Assembly: GCF_001194135.2 (NCBI RefSeq)
Contig: NC_068986.1
Coordinates: 113,878,177 to 113,942,176 of the forward strand
Direction of reading: 5' to 3'
DNA length: 64,000 nucleotides
Source of the DNA: Octopus bimaculoides
Taxonomy: Eukaryota
The position numbers and the translations under genes were made by a program. The notes beneath the pieces are model-generated. The model was given only the letters and a program-made list of their open reading frames with translations, was not told the DNA's origin and searched no databases. This document shows, one piece after another, positions 24,057-36,975 of this stretch; position 1 is the first letter of the stretch; each line of letters opens with the position of its first letter.

Positions 24057-25384
24057 ATAATAACAATACCAACAACCTATTTCACCATAGCCAACAGGAA
24101 GAGGAAAGCATTATAACGACCGGTCGAGGCACTCCACAAGTCAGCAATGCTCGCGCACTGCATATGTATAGCTGTAAGATCATTTTCCGGTCTGCACGCA
24201 TCTCGGAAAGCTTCACCTGGTGACTATCACCTACCTGTAGAGTTTATCTTCAACCGGAAGTTCCCGCAGGTAATTCTGCCACAAAAGGACTAAATCATCT
24301 ACAAAAATCTGTAAGCGTCCCGTAACATCTATGAAAGGGAGTGAAACATTTCTGAATGTAGTCATCGATATCACTAAACATTCATCTCATCTCAAACTGA
24401 ACGCTTTCGATCATAGGCCAGCTGGTTCTTATTGGACACTGGCCTAAACAAAATTAACTATTATAATATCTAGATCAACGATCTGGACAAATATGGTGAT
24501 TAACAACATTTGCTGACGCCATTTTCATTCTTCTTGCCAGAACTTGAAGACAAATATCCATGTTATCACTTACCACTGATTCAGAAAAGGGTACATTGAC
24601 TGATGTGATTCTAGGTACACTGTGACTTGGAAAAAGACGAAATAATAATTGACGAAAATTCTTTACCCAAGTTTCTCTGAATCATCGTTGACCAGTAACT
24701 AAGCAACAACAACGTTTTCGGTTGTTAAAAAGACAAGAAAGAACAACAAAATAATGAAAAGCTAAAAGAAAACCACATAATTTCTGCCACAATGCATTCA
24801 GTCCGGCAACGCTCCGGCAACGACCTATCTACCAATGGAATATTTTATCCGATTTCTTTCTCCATAAATTCTTCCTTTCCTTTGGGTCATTGCGACTCAT
24901 GATCGATTCAGTTAGGGTATTCTTGAAATAATTGTAAAGTAAAATCACCACAAGATACAAACAACAACAACAACAACAACAACAACACCAGTAAAATATT
25001 CATCCAACAAATAAAGAACTTTGATTTAAAATATCTGACTTATAGAATATGCATTGCTGCTCCAAGCCATGTTTTTGCTTCATAACGAATACATAATGTA
25101 TAAGATTTCCCTTGTGTAACGTGGCATTGCGTAATCTCAAGATTATGGTTTTGAAGATTTTCCTGTAGCGTTTCCTATATTTATATGTTTTCGTTCGGTT
25201 TGTTTTTGATATTCTGCCTCTATGTATATGTGTGCATATGTATGCATGTATGTATGCGTATGTGTGTAGGTTTTGGTGTATGTGTTTACGTGTGTTTGTT
25301 ACTTGGTGTTTCCTTTTTGTTTCATCATCGGAATCCGGTGGTAAACTGCCGAAGCTTATGTTGTGCCCATGGGATAACGTATAC

Positions 25385-25401
25385 TTGCATACTCTTAAAC
25401 A

Positions 25402-25445
<44 letters not shown>

Positions 25446-25448
25446 GAA

Positions 25449-25512
<64 letters not shown>

Positions 25513-25530
25513 ACATATACATACATATAC
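25385..25530. repeat. (CA)n plus (AT)n microsatellite
   Basis: Direct reading. Confidence 0.95.
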
Positions 25531-26976
25531 CTATCCGTTTAGGTTGAAACTACATAGATTGCAACTATTAGTTTCACGTTTTACTGATTTTCAAGCAATC
25601 AAAGAAATAAAATATATTTTCTTATTTATATACGCGATAAATTATATAAAAAAACCTACCTTGAACAAGCATATTACAATGTAGAACTTTTTGATGTAGA
25701 GAAAACATTCTTCTATAAACCAGTTAGTCCTTTTGATGTATCACGACAAAAATAAAGATTTTTTTTATTCACGTAAACTAAAGATTTTTTTTATTTTATA
25801 GCGTGAAATAATATATTTACACGACTATTTGGGTTCCAGCCGTTAGATGATTTTAAATATTTTTACAAATAGCACTAAACATTTCTTTTACTTCTAGTCT
25901 CCGAAGATTCATAAATAGTATAAAATTTTAAATGAAAGTAATATTAAATTTAGCTTCAGCTGAACATAAAATTTTGTCACAGAAATAGCACATATCAAAC
26001 GTAAAAAGCAAAAAAAAAAAAACTTAACCAACCATCTAGATCGAATACTTCCCGTTTATATATGAGTTTCAACCACCGTAAATTATCCATTAAATAAATT
26101 ATGCCTTTTTGAAATCGAGAGTATATTGTACAAACTATTTACTGCTGATTATTCAGATTTCAGAGATTGTATGTGGCTAACTGCGAATATATTTAAGGAA
26201 CGAGTTAATAAGCATCAATACACCTTCAAAACTCTGGGGAGATGCGTGGACTTAAGTTAATGAAAATACTCAAGGTCTTTATAAAATGACGGTCAGATAC
26301 ATTATAATATAGCAAGGCTTATGAACAGAAAAAAATTAATATATTCTTCCATAAAACCTCTATCTCCAAACACAATAAATTTTGATATTTTTTCCTCACA
26401 AATAAAAATGTAAAAAAGGTTATATCACCTGACAAGTATAAATTTAACGAAATGCATTCCTGCATCCTCTAAAGAAAGAATTCTAAACTTTTCTTTAAGA
26501 TATATTATAAAAATAAGCGGATCGGCGATTACCAACAATATGCATTAGTATTCTAGTGCTATCATTATTCAGCCATTTTCGCTATCTATGATGCGATTTA
26601 AATTATTATATAGATTGCATGAAATCTGTAAAACGTGAAACCGATAGTCACAAATTGTGTAATATTGAGATAAAAAAAATACCAAATTATGATTTGAGTT
26701 CTAAATACATGTATATAAAATTTTAAACACCTCTGTGATGTTTATGTTGCTTTGTATCACTTCTGAGTGTTGAATAGGGGAGTGTAAGAAAAGTCTTGAA
26801 CGAAACATCAAGGAGAGCAGAAATCCAAAATGGCTGCGTACGAGTTAAAACTAATTAGAGAAACCATAATTATATCCTAAAGATTTAATGTTTCATAAAG
26901 GAAACTTTGATGGTCCGAATTCAGTAAATGGGCCGTCTCTTTGCTAAAACATTTTATCCGCATTATATGTGAGTTT

Positions 26977-27020
<44 letters not shown>

Positions 27021-27711
27021 CTGCGTGCGTGCGTGCGTGATTTTTGGTAAATTATATAATCGTTTGGCTAAGGCTTTGTTATAATTATTTGAGGATTCTA
27101 TGAAGATCCTCATCAGCTGAGATTCGAAACTCTGATGTTCATTAGTTCACTATTAGTTAATTAGTATTTCTATGACGTCTGAAAAGTCTGAACATAATGT
27201 GAAACTTTTTATTTTTTCTTTGTTTCTGGTCTGGAGTTTGGACAACAAAAACGCTGTTTAAGTTCAATAAGCATCTCATAAATTGCTAACTACTTCATTG
27301 TTGTCGATATTAATTTTAAATCTATAGATTAAAAATAAACTGGAGGTTTTTCTCATTTTTTTAAGAGTGTACATAAGCAGAAGGTCGTTATCTCGGTGAA
27401 GGCTTCCATCAAGCACTTTACTTAAGTTTTATAATTGGTATATTTCTATTATTATATCGCTTGTCTTTATAGAAACTTGAGCACTCATACTGATATCAAA
27501 ATCTCGATGATTATAAAACCCTTCGAGCTCTCATAATGCATATTCGCTTCTTTGTAAGCACCATAATTTTTATTGCTATGTTATTTATTCAAGTGTAAAA
27601 AATCTAGCAAAGTTCAGAATATAAATAAAGTTAAAGTTACTGTCGAGTAATATTCATGTACATCATATTGAAGAAACAAACATTTTGTTTTATTGGTTTT
27701 GTATGTAAACC

Positions 27712-27756
<45 letters not shown>

Positions 27757-27766
27757 NNNNNNNNNN

Positions 27767-27810
<44 letters not shown>

Positions 27811-28789
27811 TTGTATTGTGTGTTAGTTTATAGTCGTAGCATTGAAACTATTTTCCGTTTTGTAAGGAATTATTTTATATAATAATATGTTTTTACTAAT
27901 TTGCCAATATCAGTTAATTTAGGCTTAATTAGGTGAATAGAGAATTTCTTTTTGAAGTTGTGTTTATGGACTTTAAAAGTAAAATATGTTAACTGCAATA
28001 CAAGAGTTTCCATTCTATAATCAATAACTAATGCTGGTGTTATTTTTCTGTCTTTGAATGTTTATCTCATCTAATATACTTCACTTCACTATCACACAAG
28101 TTATTGGTAATAGAGTTAGCAATGGAATCTTTGCCTGTTTGTATGTCTATATCAATACAAACCTCTATTACTGTTATGTATGGATGTCTATAGCATTTAT
28201 AAACCTCTTTTATATTTAATATACTACTGTATCATATGCTACTGTTGCTTACCTCAAGGAAGCCTTTATAAATCCGTATTATTAGCCGATGTTATTTTTA
28301 ATACTTGACAACATCCCATAAGGAGAGAAACTAGCAGATATTTGCAACATTAATTATATATTAAATACCATCATATCTTTAAGTATAATCAGAGGGGATT
28401 GTAAAATCTATGAACTTACGTTGTTTCTGTATTATCGTGTCAGCCTTCTTGGTTCAATAGTATGGTTAGTATGTATGGCAAAATCCCAGAAATCCCTCTA
28501 ATTCTCATTTTCTATCTCTGCCTCTGGCACATGTTCTTACCAATTTTCTGTTGTTTTCGAAACCATGCACTCGGCTAATATCTCAAAACATTTCCCCCCG
28601 CACAGTCATATCTGCATTTATACTCCATTTGTGTTAGTATATTGCACTCATTCCAAATGTGATTGATACTCTCATCAGCTTCCCTGCAGACTCTACATTT
28701 GTTGTTTGTGTTTTGCCGATTGTTACCTTTATCAGATTTGTTCTGAGAGGCTATACTAAGCGTTACTGTCTCTCGAGCCGAGTTCTTTA

Positions 28790-30070
28790 TAATTTTGATG
28801 AAAACGCTCAGCTTATTTTCCTGGGTATGATGAAAAGTGTCAGCTGTCCACAGCCAGCAGGTTAAGGTGGATCTTGTTCACTGATCATACTTCAATACCA
28901 TGTGGAGAATCTTGCAGCTCCAAACAATGATGAGTTTTGTAGGGGTTCTATATTTACAAATGTACCCACCTTTTTGAGCCATGTTGGTAATTGAGTGCTG
29001 ATGCTTCCAAGCACATCGATTACTACTGTTATCAGTCCACACTCTTCATTACCAACACCCTGCATATTTCCCACTTGACATCTTCATAGTTGTTCACTTT
29101 TTTATTCTCTTCTTTGATCCTGTTGTCCCTAGATGTTAGGTCGACTTTCAGGCATGTTTTATCTTTCCTGTTCGCTACATTATCGGGTTTCCGATGTCTA
29201 ATTGGATGGTCACAATCATTGCATCTCAGAAGATTTTGCAATCTTCATTTTCAACAACTCCTTCTGAGATTTGCTCCTACGACGCCTGTAATCTTTCTAG
29301 ACCATAATTTTCTCACAGGTTCTAATGTATCATTCTTGCCACATTGGCATATCTTCTTCTGTATTCACACTGTACCAATTTCGGTATTCAATAATTATGT
29401 GCCATACCGTTTCACCACTTTCGTCACACGTTCTACATATGTCAATCTTATTTGTCTTATCAATTCTTCACCTCACATAACTGTGTCATCATCGTTTGTT
29501 CTTCTACGGCGCAAATAATTGTTTCTGTTATCCATAACCACTAGTCTCTGCATCCATAACCACCAGTCTTCTGTATCTGTCTTGAAGTTCGTATCTCTTG
29601 CAAACTTGCCTCTCTTTAGACTCATTATTCCGCACTTCTCGAGTCCGAATTCCATCTTAACATCAGCACTAAAGCAGTGAATCGTGTTCGCCAAGGAATG
29701 CAGTTGTACCTCATCTTTACCATACAACTTCAAAACATCCATAAAGAGGAAATGGTGATTCTTTGAGATTTTCCCTTTAACAGATATCCCAGGTTTATTT
29801 TTCTTTTCACCAAGTCTGGAGGATCATGCAAAATACAGAAAGTAAACGCAGATATTCTATTTCCTTCACAAATCCTTCTCCTGTTGCCCAGGGTGCCCAA
29901 ATTTGTTTGCCTTCGCTTACAATCTTGAATTACCATTTTGTCTATCAATGATTGTTGTTTGCTACCTCGGTATCTCCTCTTACAACCTTTTTGTTCCGTT
30001 GGGAAAATGTCATTATCATCAAGAAATTTGAACAATTCTCCTGCAACCCTTGTGACAGAAACTTCCATAT
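28790..30070 (-). mobile_element. Internally deleted R4/Dong-like LINE (RT to REL endonuclease to 3' UTR)
   Basis: PTEQKGCKR..GSKQQSLIDK; MDVLKLY (YMDD region); FGLEKC; IRHRKPD (PD of REL); VVIDVLGSIS; LQNSSLFGAAR; collinear with large deletions. Confidence 0.9.
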
Positions 30071-30492
30071 TAATTGGAAGATAAAATATTGGCCTGTAAT
30101 TGTGTTGTACCGTAATTTGTTACGTACAATAAATAAGATGACCAGACAACAGTAAAAGCAATGTAGCGAACTAACAATTCTCTTTACGAACTAATGATCA
30201 ATATTCCTTAGGAACTAACCAACCGACATCGTCCGACTGTACTGCGAGCTAACACGAATTTCACTCGACTCTGAACTGTGAACTTTTAACTCACTCGGAT
30301 CGTTATTAGTTATACTTTACTGGGACGAGTCTATCTCCCGAAAGGGGGCGTCGTAACTTTCATCATGACAAATTGTCGGTAGCATTTCTTTTCAATGTAA
30401 CATTCAAGCACACAATTATTCCTCTTTTGGTCAACCACCCTGGAATTACTTCTGTTCCATGAATCAACGCATTTAATTACTCTTTATCATCA

Positions 30493-30522
<30 letters not shown>

Positions 30523-30523
<1 letters not shown>

Positions 30524-30624
30524 TTTGGTTTGACTCAGTTTAGGTCTTATTCCTGGTAGGATTTATGTGGGTAACCTTAGGCATCCATAAGTTTTCAGTT
30601 GTCTTTCAAGTACTCAGAATCATC

Positions 30625-30626
<2 letters not shown>
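30523..30626 (-). mobile_element. Extremely 5'-truncated retroposon 3' end inside an (ATT)n run
   Basis: About 105 nt unique segment flanked by (ATT)n at 30491-30522 and 30627-30661; LINE identity is inferred. Confidence 0.45.
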
Positions 30627-30660
<34 letters not shown>

Positions 30661-31120
30661 GAGTGAGAGATCAGTGCGTGCCATCGAAGTGACACTGGGG
30701 TAAACCATACGAAACCCAGTATAGCCATCATCACTACCCGTCTGATAAGGGTACACCAGGCACATGCATCACAACCATATGTGCGAGACATGGTGATCTC
30801 ATATCAAGATAAACACCGCATGACCTTGCAGATGGGGCCCAGTTAGAATTTTCATCCCGCTCAAAAGATCCCTGAATAAGTGTTGTCGAATAAGGTTGTT
30901 GAACGAAACAACCATGTTTCCAGTAGTGAATTATCCAAACTCAAAAAATTTTTTCTCCACACATGGCTATGTTGCTCCCCCAGTTCTTCTGCTCATGAAC
31001 AGAGATGCACATATCGTCAGCCACAAAGGGACATGCTCAACTGGTTAAGGTCAAACAACTGACTAGCAGATATCAAGCAGAATATTTGCTGGAGCCCATC
31101 TTTTATAAAAAGATAAAATA
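30661..31120 (+). mobile_element. Unclassified dispersed repeat, family E
   Basis: 5' part matches 39600-39775 on the minus strand (ATCTCATATCAAGATAAACA.CGCATGA..TTGCAG.TGGGGC); 3' part matches 34105-34280 (GGTCAAACAACTGAC...GAGCAGAATATTTGCTG...CCCATCTTTTATA). Confidence 0.8.
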
Positions 31121-31129
31121 TACATGATA

Positions 31130-31385
31130 ATGATTCCTTCAGACAGACTTTACGGAATATCCGTGTAGTTCCAAGTAAAGCCGATTTTTTGCAATACACC
31201 TAGATTGTAGGGTATTTGTTGAGTTTCCGGAAGCTTCTTCGTGTTGGGTCATATTGAACCCAATGCTCCGATGACTCTCGTAGCTGCCACATCTTCACGC
31301 TCTCAATTCTCGCGTCTCCATATTTATCAACCTTTTCTCTTTCTTTCATGATGATATGTTGACCTCCTGGCATTACCATGGTGAT
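31130..31385 (-). mobile_element. R4/Dong-like REL-domain 3' fragment
   Basis: KEREKVDKYGDARIESVKMW...KKSALLGTTRIFRKV. Confidence 0.8.
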
Positions 31386-31398
31386 TATTAGGTACTCT

Positions 31399-31613
31399 AA
31401 GACGACGAACTGGCAGAAACGTTAGAACACCGGGCGAAATACATAGCAGTTTTTCGTCTGTCCTTACGTTCTGAGTTCAAATTCCACCGAGAAGACTTTG
31501 CCTTTCATCCTTGCGGGGACGATAAATTAAGTACCAGTTGCTTACTGGGGTCGATCTAATCGACTGGCCCCTCCCCCTAAATGTCGGGCCTTGTGCTTAG
31601 AGTAGAAAAGATA
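31399..31613 (+). mobile_element. SINE family A with TSD ATTAGGTACTCT
   Basis: 12-nt direct repeat at 31387-31398 and 31614-31625 flanking a full copy. Confidence 0.9.
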
Positions 31614-32707
31614 ATTAGGTACTCTTGTTTGTCCCTCCAAAAGTCGGTGTACGACCCTCGTGGGACGAATCGTCGGCAGCTGTTGTTCTCTTGAGAGAAA
31701 GCATCAAAACTGCATTATATAGAATTCAAATAAGTGATTGATCTTATATTAATCTTGCAGTTTTAGTATGGCTGTTTATCACTGTATCATGTCTGTTGGA
31801 CATTCTAATAATAAACACTCCATATTTTTACATGTCGAGGCCTGTAATATCCACCCTTCTTACATTTGTTACGTCTACAAAACATGATTTGAATGAATTT
31901 AGCTTTTATTTCTAGTAGGGCCAACGACCACATGAATGTTACCTGGCTTATTATTGTTGTTGTTGTTGTTGTTGTTATTGTTAAAGTATTATAATAGAAA
32001 AGCACTTTGGTTAGCACTTAAAAAGTAAGAACTGTTTAGTGAAACACTTTAAATTTCGAAGTATCTTACTTCCGGTATATTAAAGCACCGCACTAGACTC
32101 GTCACATTGATTTCCGAATATATGACAACCTACAAATCCTTTTATAATATCCCTCCTCCCCAACCTCTCTCTCTCTCTCTCGTTCACTCACACACTCTCT
32201 TTCTTCGTTACCTTCTTTGTCCTTTTATTTCTTCCTCTTTCTGTATATATCTATGCTTCTATATTTTATATATATACATTATATATTTTTCTACCAGTAT
32301 TTTCCTCCGGCATTCACTGTATATCTCTCTCACACCTTCTCCCTTTTTTCTTTCCCTCTCTCTTTCTCTCCCCCTCTCCTCCTGTCATACTCCGTTTGGC
32401 TCCCACCATGCACACATACTTAAGTTCTAATATTAGATTCGATTAGGTGACAAGATGAATGCCCTGTAGTGTTTATTTAAACGTCTCTTTGATTCCCGAG
32501 TTCAAATTCGCCTCCACCAGTTGGACATTTCATGCTGCTACCGATAAATACATGTTTACATGATACACACAAACACACTCTAAAACATAGCGCCACAGCA
32601 CCGTCATTATAAGAGAATGAATGAAACTAATTGCATTAAAGACTACAGAAATGTTGCATTATTTTCCGAATCTCAATCAGTAAATATGAACCAAAATACG
32701 AGAACAA

Positions 32708-32961
32708 GGAATGAGAAATATCTTACTCAAAGGTTGAACATTCAGAGAAATGTAGCTTAAATTTTTCGTCTAGGAGTTTAATTCATGTTGTACAATTATT
32801 GCTTGGTATTTGAATTATTAACTGGATTCAGTGATTAGAATATGGCCATGCTGGAACTATTTCAGTCTGTTTATATCCTTTCTCATATAAATATACATAT
32901 AAAGAAATAATTAAGACTCAGTTGAATTAAGTACTTAAATTCAACTCAGTCTTAATTATTT

Positions 32962-33007
<46 letters not shown>

Positions 33008-33193
33008 GAAAGGATATAAACAAACTGAAAGAGTTCTAGCATAGCTATATTCTAATTACTGAATCTAGTTAATAATTCAAAATATCGTGGAACACCAAGC
33101 AATAATTGTACAACATGATTCAATTTCTTAGACGAAAAAATTAAGTTACGTTCCTCTGTATGTTAAACCTTTGAGTAAGATATTTCTCACTCC
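32708..33193. mobile_element. Foldback/MITE-like element with approx. 185-bp inverted arms, containing a central 73-nt palindrome and (TA)n
   Basis: 32708-32889 is the reverse complement of about 33000-33193 with scattered mismatches and one indel. Confidence 0.8.
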
Positions 33194-33699
33194 TGACACA
33201 CCATGCAGCGTGAGAACTTCAGATGCATGCATAAAGAATGTAATTATTTTAGTCTCTTGTACTGATGAAAATTTGCTAAAACAATAATGGTTTATTCTTA
33301 ATATTGGAAATCTATATAGTCGTCTGCATGCGACGAGAACAGTTTATTTCAAACTGATGTAATGTTTTCATTAATCGATTAAATGAAGCCGCTTGAAACG
33401 GCTGTAATGCACTGATACCCATACATCCTTGATATTTATTTACCTTACTTCGACATGCACAGCAAGTCAGCCAACTTTACCGATTGCCTGATTTGTTGCT
33501 AAAGGTGCATGTTGTCATGTAACATTAAAACGAACGTGAGTGGTTTGCAGTATTTTGACCCGTTTCTTCTTAATGGCTTCAAGATTTTGAGTGGTTGAAT
33601 TTCCTGCTTACCCTTCACAGTTTATTTACTTTCCAGGAACTGAAAGTCAAGTACGCCCTTGACATTAATGAATAAATAAATAATTAAATAAATACAATA

Positions 33700-34075
33700 G
33701 TCAGCATGAAGAGGTGTTATGCTATTGCATAGATTTAGTATTCCATGTTGCTAGAAGGAGGCAAAAACGTGTCTTCATCGACTTGAGAGGGTCCGAGCAG
33801 ATCAGAGCAGACTCCACTCTGATCTCCAACAAATCGGAAGTAAACTGCTGCGTTATCCACTTTCCATACATTTTGCAATCCTCAACATTTTCCACCACTT
33901 ACCGCAATGGACAAAGGTCAAAATTCATTAGTGCATCCAACTCACGGATTGTATCTCTCTTATCCAAGCGAATCAATTCATCAAATCGCTGGTGATTCGT
34001 GTTTATGTATGCAGTTGGACTTCCCATGCTGCATGGTTTGTCATATTATCCACCGATGAAACTGCAACGGGATGC
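33700..34075 (-). mobile_element. Mariner transposase N-terminal relic
   Basis: DKPCSMGSPTA..NHQRFDELIRLDKRDTIREL..CKMYGKWITQQFTSDLLEIRVE, matching the D.PRSGRP / ITIREL / K.CARWVP pattern. Confidence 0.7.
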
Positions 34076-34104
34076 TCGATAGAACTTTCGAGCAACGAGG
34101 ACTT

Positions 34105-34395
34105 TTGAGAGGGATGCTCAACTAATTAAGGTCAAACAACTGACAACCAAATATGTTGTATTGAGCAGAATATTTGCTGTGTTTGCCCATCTTTTATACC
34201 AAGACAAAACAATGTACATGATAACGCTTTCAATCAGAAGCCATGAGAGCCCCTGCCTAGTACTGCATCCGGGCAATCATTATTATTATTCGGGGTTGAT
34301 AAAATAAGCACCAGTCAAACACTGGGATCGATATAATCGCCTGCTCCCCTCCATACAACACATTTCAGCCCTTATACCTATAGTAGGAAGGGTTA
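34105..34395 (+). mobile_element. Family E 3' end with (ATT)n tail followed by a partial SINE family A
   Basis: Match to 31020-31110; then GGGGTTGATAAAATAAGCACCAG...CCTAT.GTAGGAAG. Confidence 0.75.
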
Positions 34396-34419
34396 CTTTA
34401 ATGTGCTGATAATGTCGGA

Positions 34420-35065
34420 GTATATTTATTGTGTGGCGCAGTAAAGGAGTGTTGAGGTGTTGGCATAGCTCTGAGGCTGTGCTATAGTGTTGTCATGTTG
34501 TGGCAACGTTCTGGTGTTGTAGTGGCGTATTTTGCATTGCAGTGGTGTTGCAGCATGGTCAGTGTTGCAGTGTTGGTTATTGTTGCATAGTGTGGCGCTC
34601 TGATGGTGTGATTGTGTTGTTGGCTGTGACATTGTAGTATGTGTTGTTTGTTCAGGTATTCCTGTGCTCTGCAAACGCGGCCGTATTGTGGCGTGATAGT
34701 GTTGTAGTTGTGACGGTGTGACCTTTTGCGGAAAGGTGGTGGTAGTGGTGGTTGTAGTGTTATGGTCTGCTGTTTCTATGGTGTATCGATGTACTGGTGC
34801 AGTGGAGGGATGGTGGGTGGGTGTATTATGGTGTCATGGCGTCGAACTGTTGTGTTGCAGAATATTGACGTCTTGCAGAAGGAAGCCGATAGTCTCGTAG
34901 TGTGCTAGTGTGACTATGTGGTGACGTAGTTTTCTTGTAGTAGGATGATGTTGTAGTGTCATAGTACGGTTGTAGTGGTCTTGTTAGTGGTGGTGACGGT
35001 TGTGGTGGTGGTGGTGTTGGAGTTGTTGTTGTTGTTGTAGGTGGTGGTGGTGGTGGTCACAATTG

Positions 35066-35099
<34 letters not shown>

Positions 35100-35230
35100 A
35101 AAAGTGTTGTATTTTGATTAAATGATTGTAGGGATTTTGCAGTAGCAGTAAGGGGGTGGGGGTCTGGTGTGGTGGTCATGTGCTGAGTTGGCAATGATGA
35201 CTATGTGATATAGGGCACCAGTGGTGATGT
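34420..35230. repeat. G/T-skewed cryptic simple repeat (GTT/GTA/GGT/GCA mosaics)
   Basis: Direct reading. Confidence 0.8.
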
Positions 35231-35429
35231 AGTGAGATAACGAAGGTGGTAGGGAGGGGGTGGCGCAGACCAAGGGAGGAGAGATTTAGCGACGACCACA
35301 AGAAAAAAACGTTAATCGAAGCCAACTGAAGCAAATAACAAGGAAATCAATGCGAAAGGTTATTTGCATATTTAATTAAATTTCTATTTTCTATCGAACA
35401 ATAATACCTGAGCTCATAAAATAATGCTC

Positions 35430-35644
35430 TAACTCATACGCACTGGGACACACGCACACACACACAGACATATACATACACACTCACATACAAATCCATA
35501 CACACACATAAACACACACACGTACATACACACAAATACACGCACAAAGTGATACAATGAAATAAATACATACATACGCACGAAAGGAAAGTAAATATTT
35601 AATATATATATATATATATATACAGAAACACACACACACACACA

Positions 35645-35728
<84 letters not shown>

Positions 35729-35760
35729 CATACACATACTCGCACACATACATATGTTTT
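35430..35760. repeat. Compound (CA)n/(AT)n/(GA)n microsatellite
   Basis: Direct reading. Confidence 0.95.
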
Positions 35761-36334
35761 TATATGTTTAAAAAAATTTTTGAAATAGAAACAAAAAACA
35801 AAAAATGCTATTAAACGAAACAAGGCCATCCATATTCCAGTAAAATAATATTAAGTGTAGTATATAGTGTTCGTTCAGCTAATAATGTCTCTGTAAGTGA
35901 ATGTGTGTGTGTATATGTGTGCGTGTGCGTGTGTGTGTGTGACTGTGTGTATGCGCGCGTGCGAATATGTGTCTATGCGTGTGTCGGATATTTCTAGAGC
36001 TTGGTAAAAATGCTTCTGTTTCTGAGCTTCAAAATCACAACGCTAACAGTGAGAGTCGTGAAGGAGGTTGATATATAATGATAAGTTGCCTAATTTTTAA
36101 AGATGTATATTTAGTCAGTGTGTTACATATCCAAGTGCTCCGATAATTAGAGTTATAAACCTGAACTTGTAATCCGGATAGAGTAACTGCAGATTTCTCA
36201 ATAGTTCAGCATAAGTGTTCTCGTGTTCTCTGATCTTCAGTTTTATGTTAACATCCGCACACAGTTTCTCTTCTGTATCTCAAATTGTTATGCCAATGTA
36301 TGTATGTATGCATGTATGTATGCATGCATGCATG

Positions 36335-36975
36335 TCTCTTCTATTTCTTAATTATTATAAATCTTCCACTGAGGAGGGAGCCGGTTTCCAACAAAGATTC
36401 GAGGCTCCAGTTTTGGGATGTAATTAACACAGACAAATTCACATTTGGAACTTGAGAAAAGTCTTGCATATTCTTACTGTCCCACTCACAGATTGCACTT
36501 GTAATGTACGAATCAGCCGGTTGATTTCTCTTTCTGAAAATCCCAGTTTATCCAGATTCTCCTTTAAGTGTTTACTAACCAAACCTCATGCTCCAATTAT
36601 TATTGATATGAATACGAATTCAAAGTCGGGATATAGAAGCTGAAGGTTTCGAAGCAGTTGTCCATAGATATTCTGTTTTTCTTTAACTTTGAAAGAGATA
36701 TTTATATCTGCAGGACAGCTAACCTCCATGATGGTACATACTTTTGCCCCTTTGTCCCAAACAACAATATCTGGCCTGTTATGCTTACATTTGACATTGG
36801 GAATATTCCAGCAGTATTCCTTAAGTTGGTGTTTATGAATGTGTTCCATAACAGAGGGATTTTCTAAATTTATTTCAGGACAGTCTTTTTGCGAATGGCA
36901 TTGTAAATTGATTTAGCAAAAACATCGTGCCTCATAGAGAGGTAGTACTGTGACGACATTTTAGGATAGCTGCTA
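36335..36975 (-). mobile_element. 5'-truncated REL-LINE (lineage 2), C-terminal REL domain plus 3' UTR
   Basis: YYLSMRHDVFAK (RHD motif), KHNRPDIVVWDK, EVSCPAD, KEKQNIYGQL, IIIGA, VQSVSGTVRICKTFLKF*. Confidence 0.92.

Noticed and set aside
24235-24275. 41-nt minus-strand micro-exon candidate (ttttgtggcag|...CAG|gtaggt; NYLRELPVEDKLY)
   Set aside because: Splice-like signals at this level are common by chance; no partner exons or known domain.
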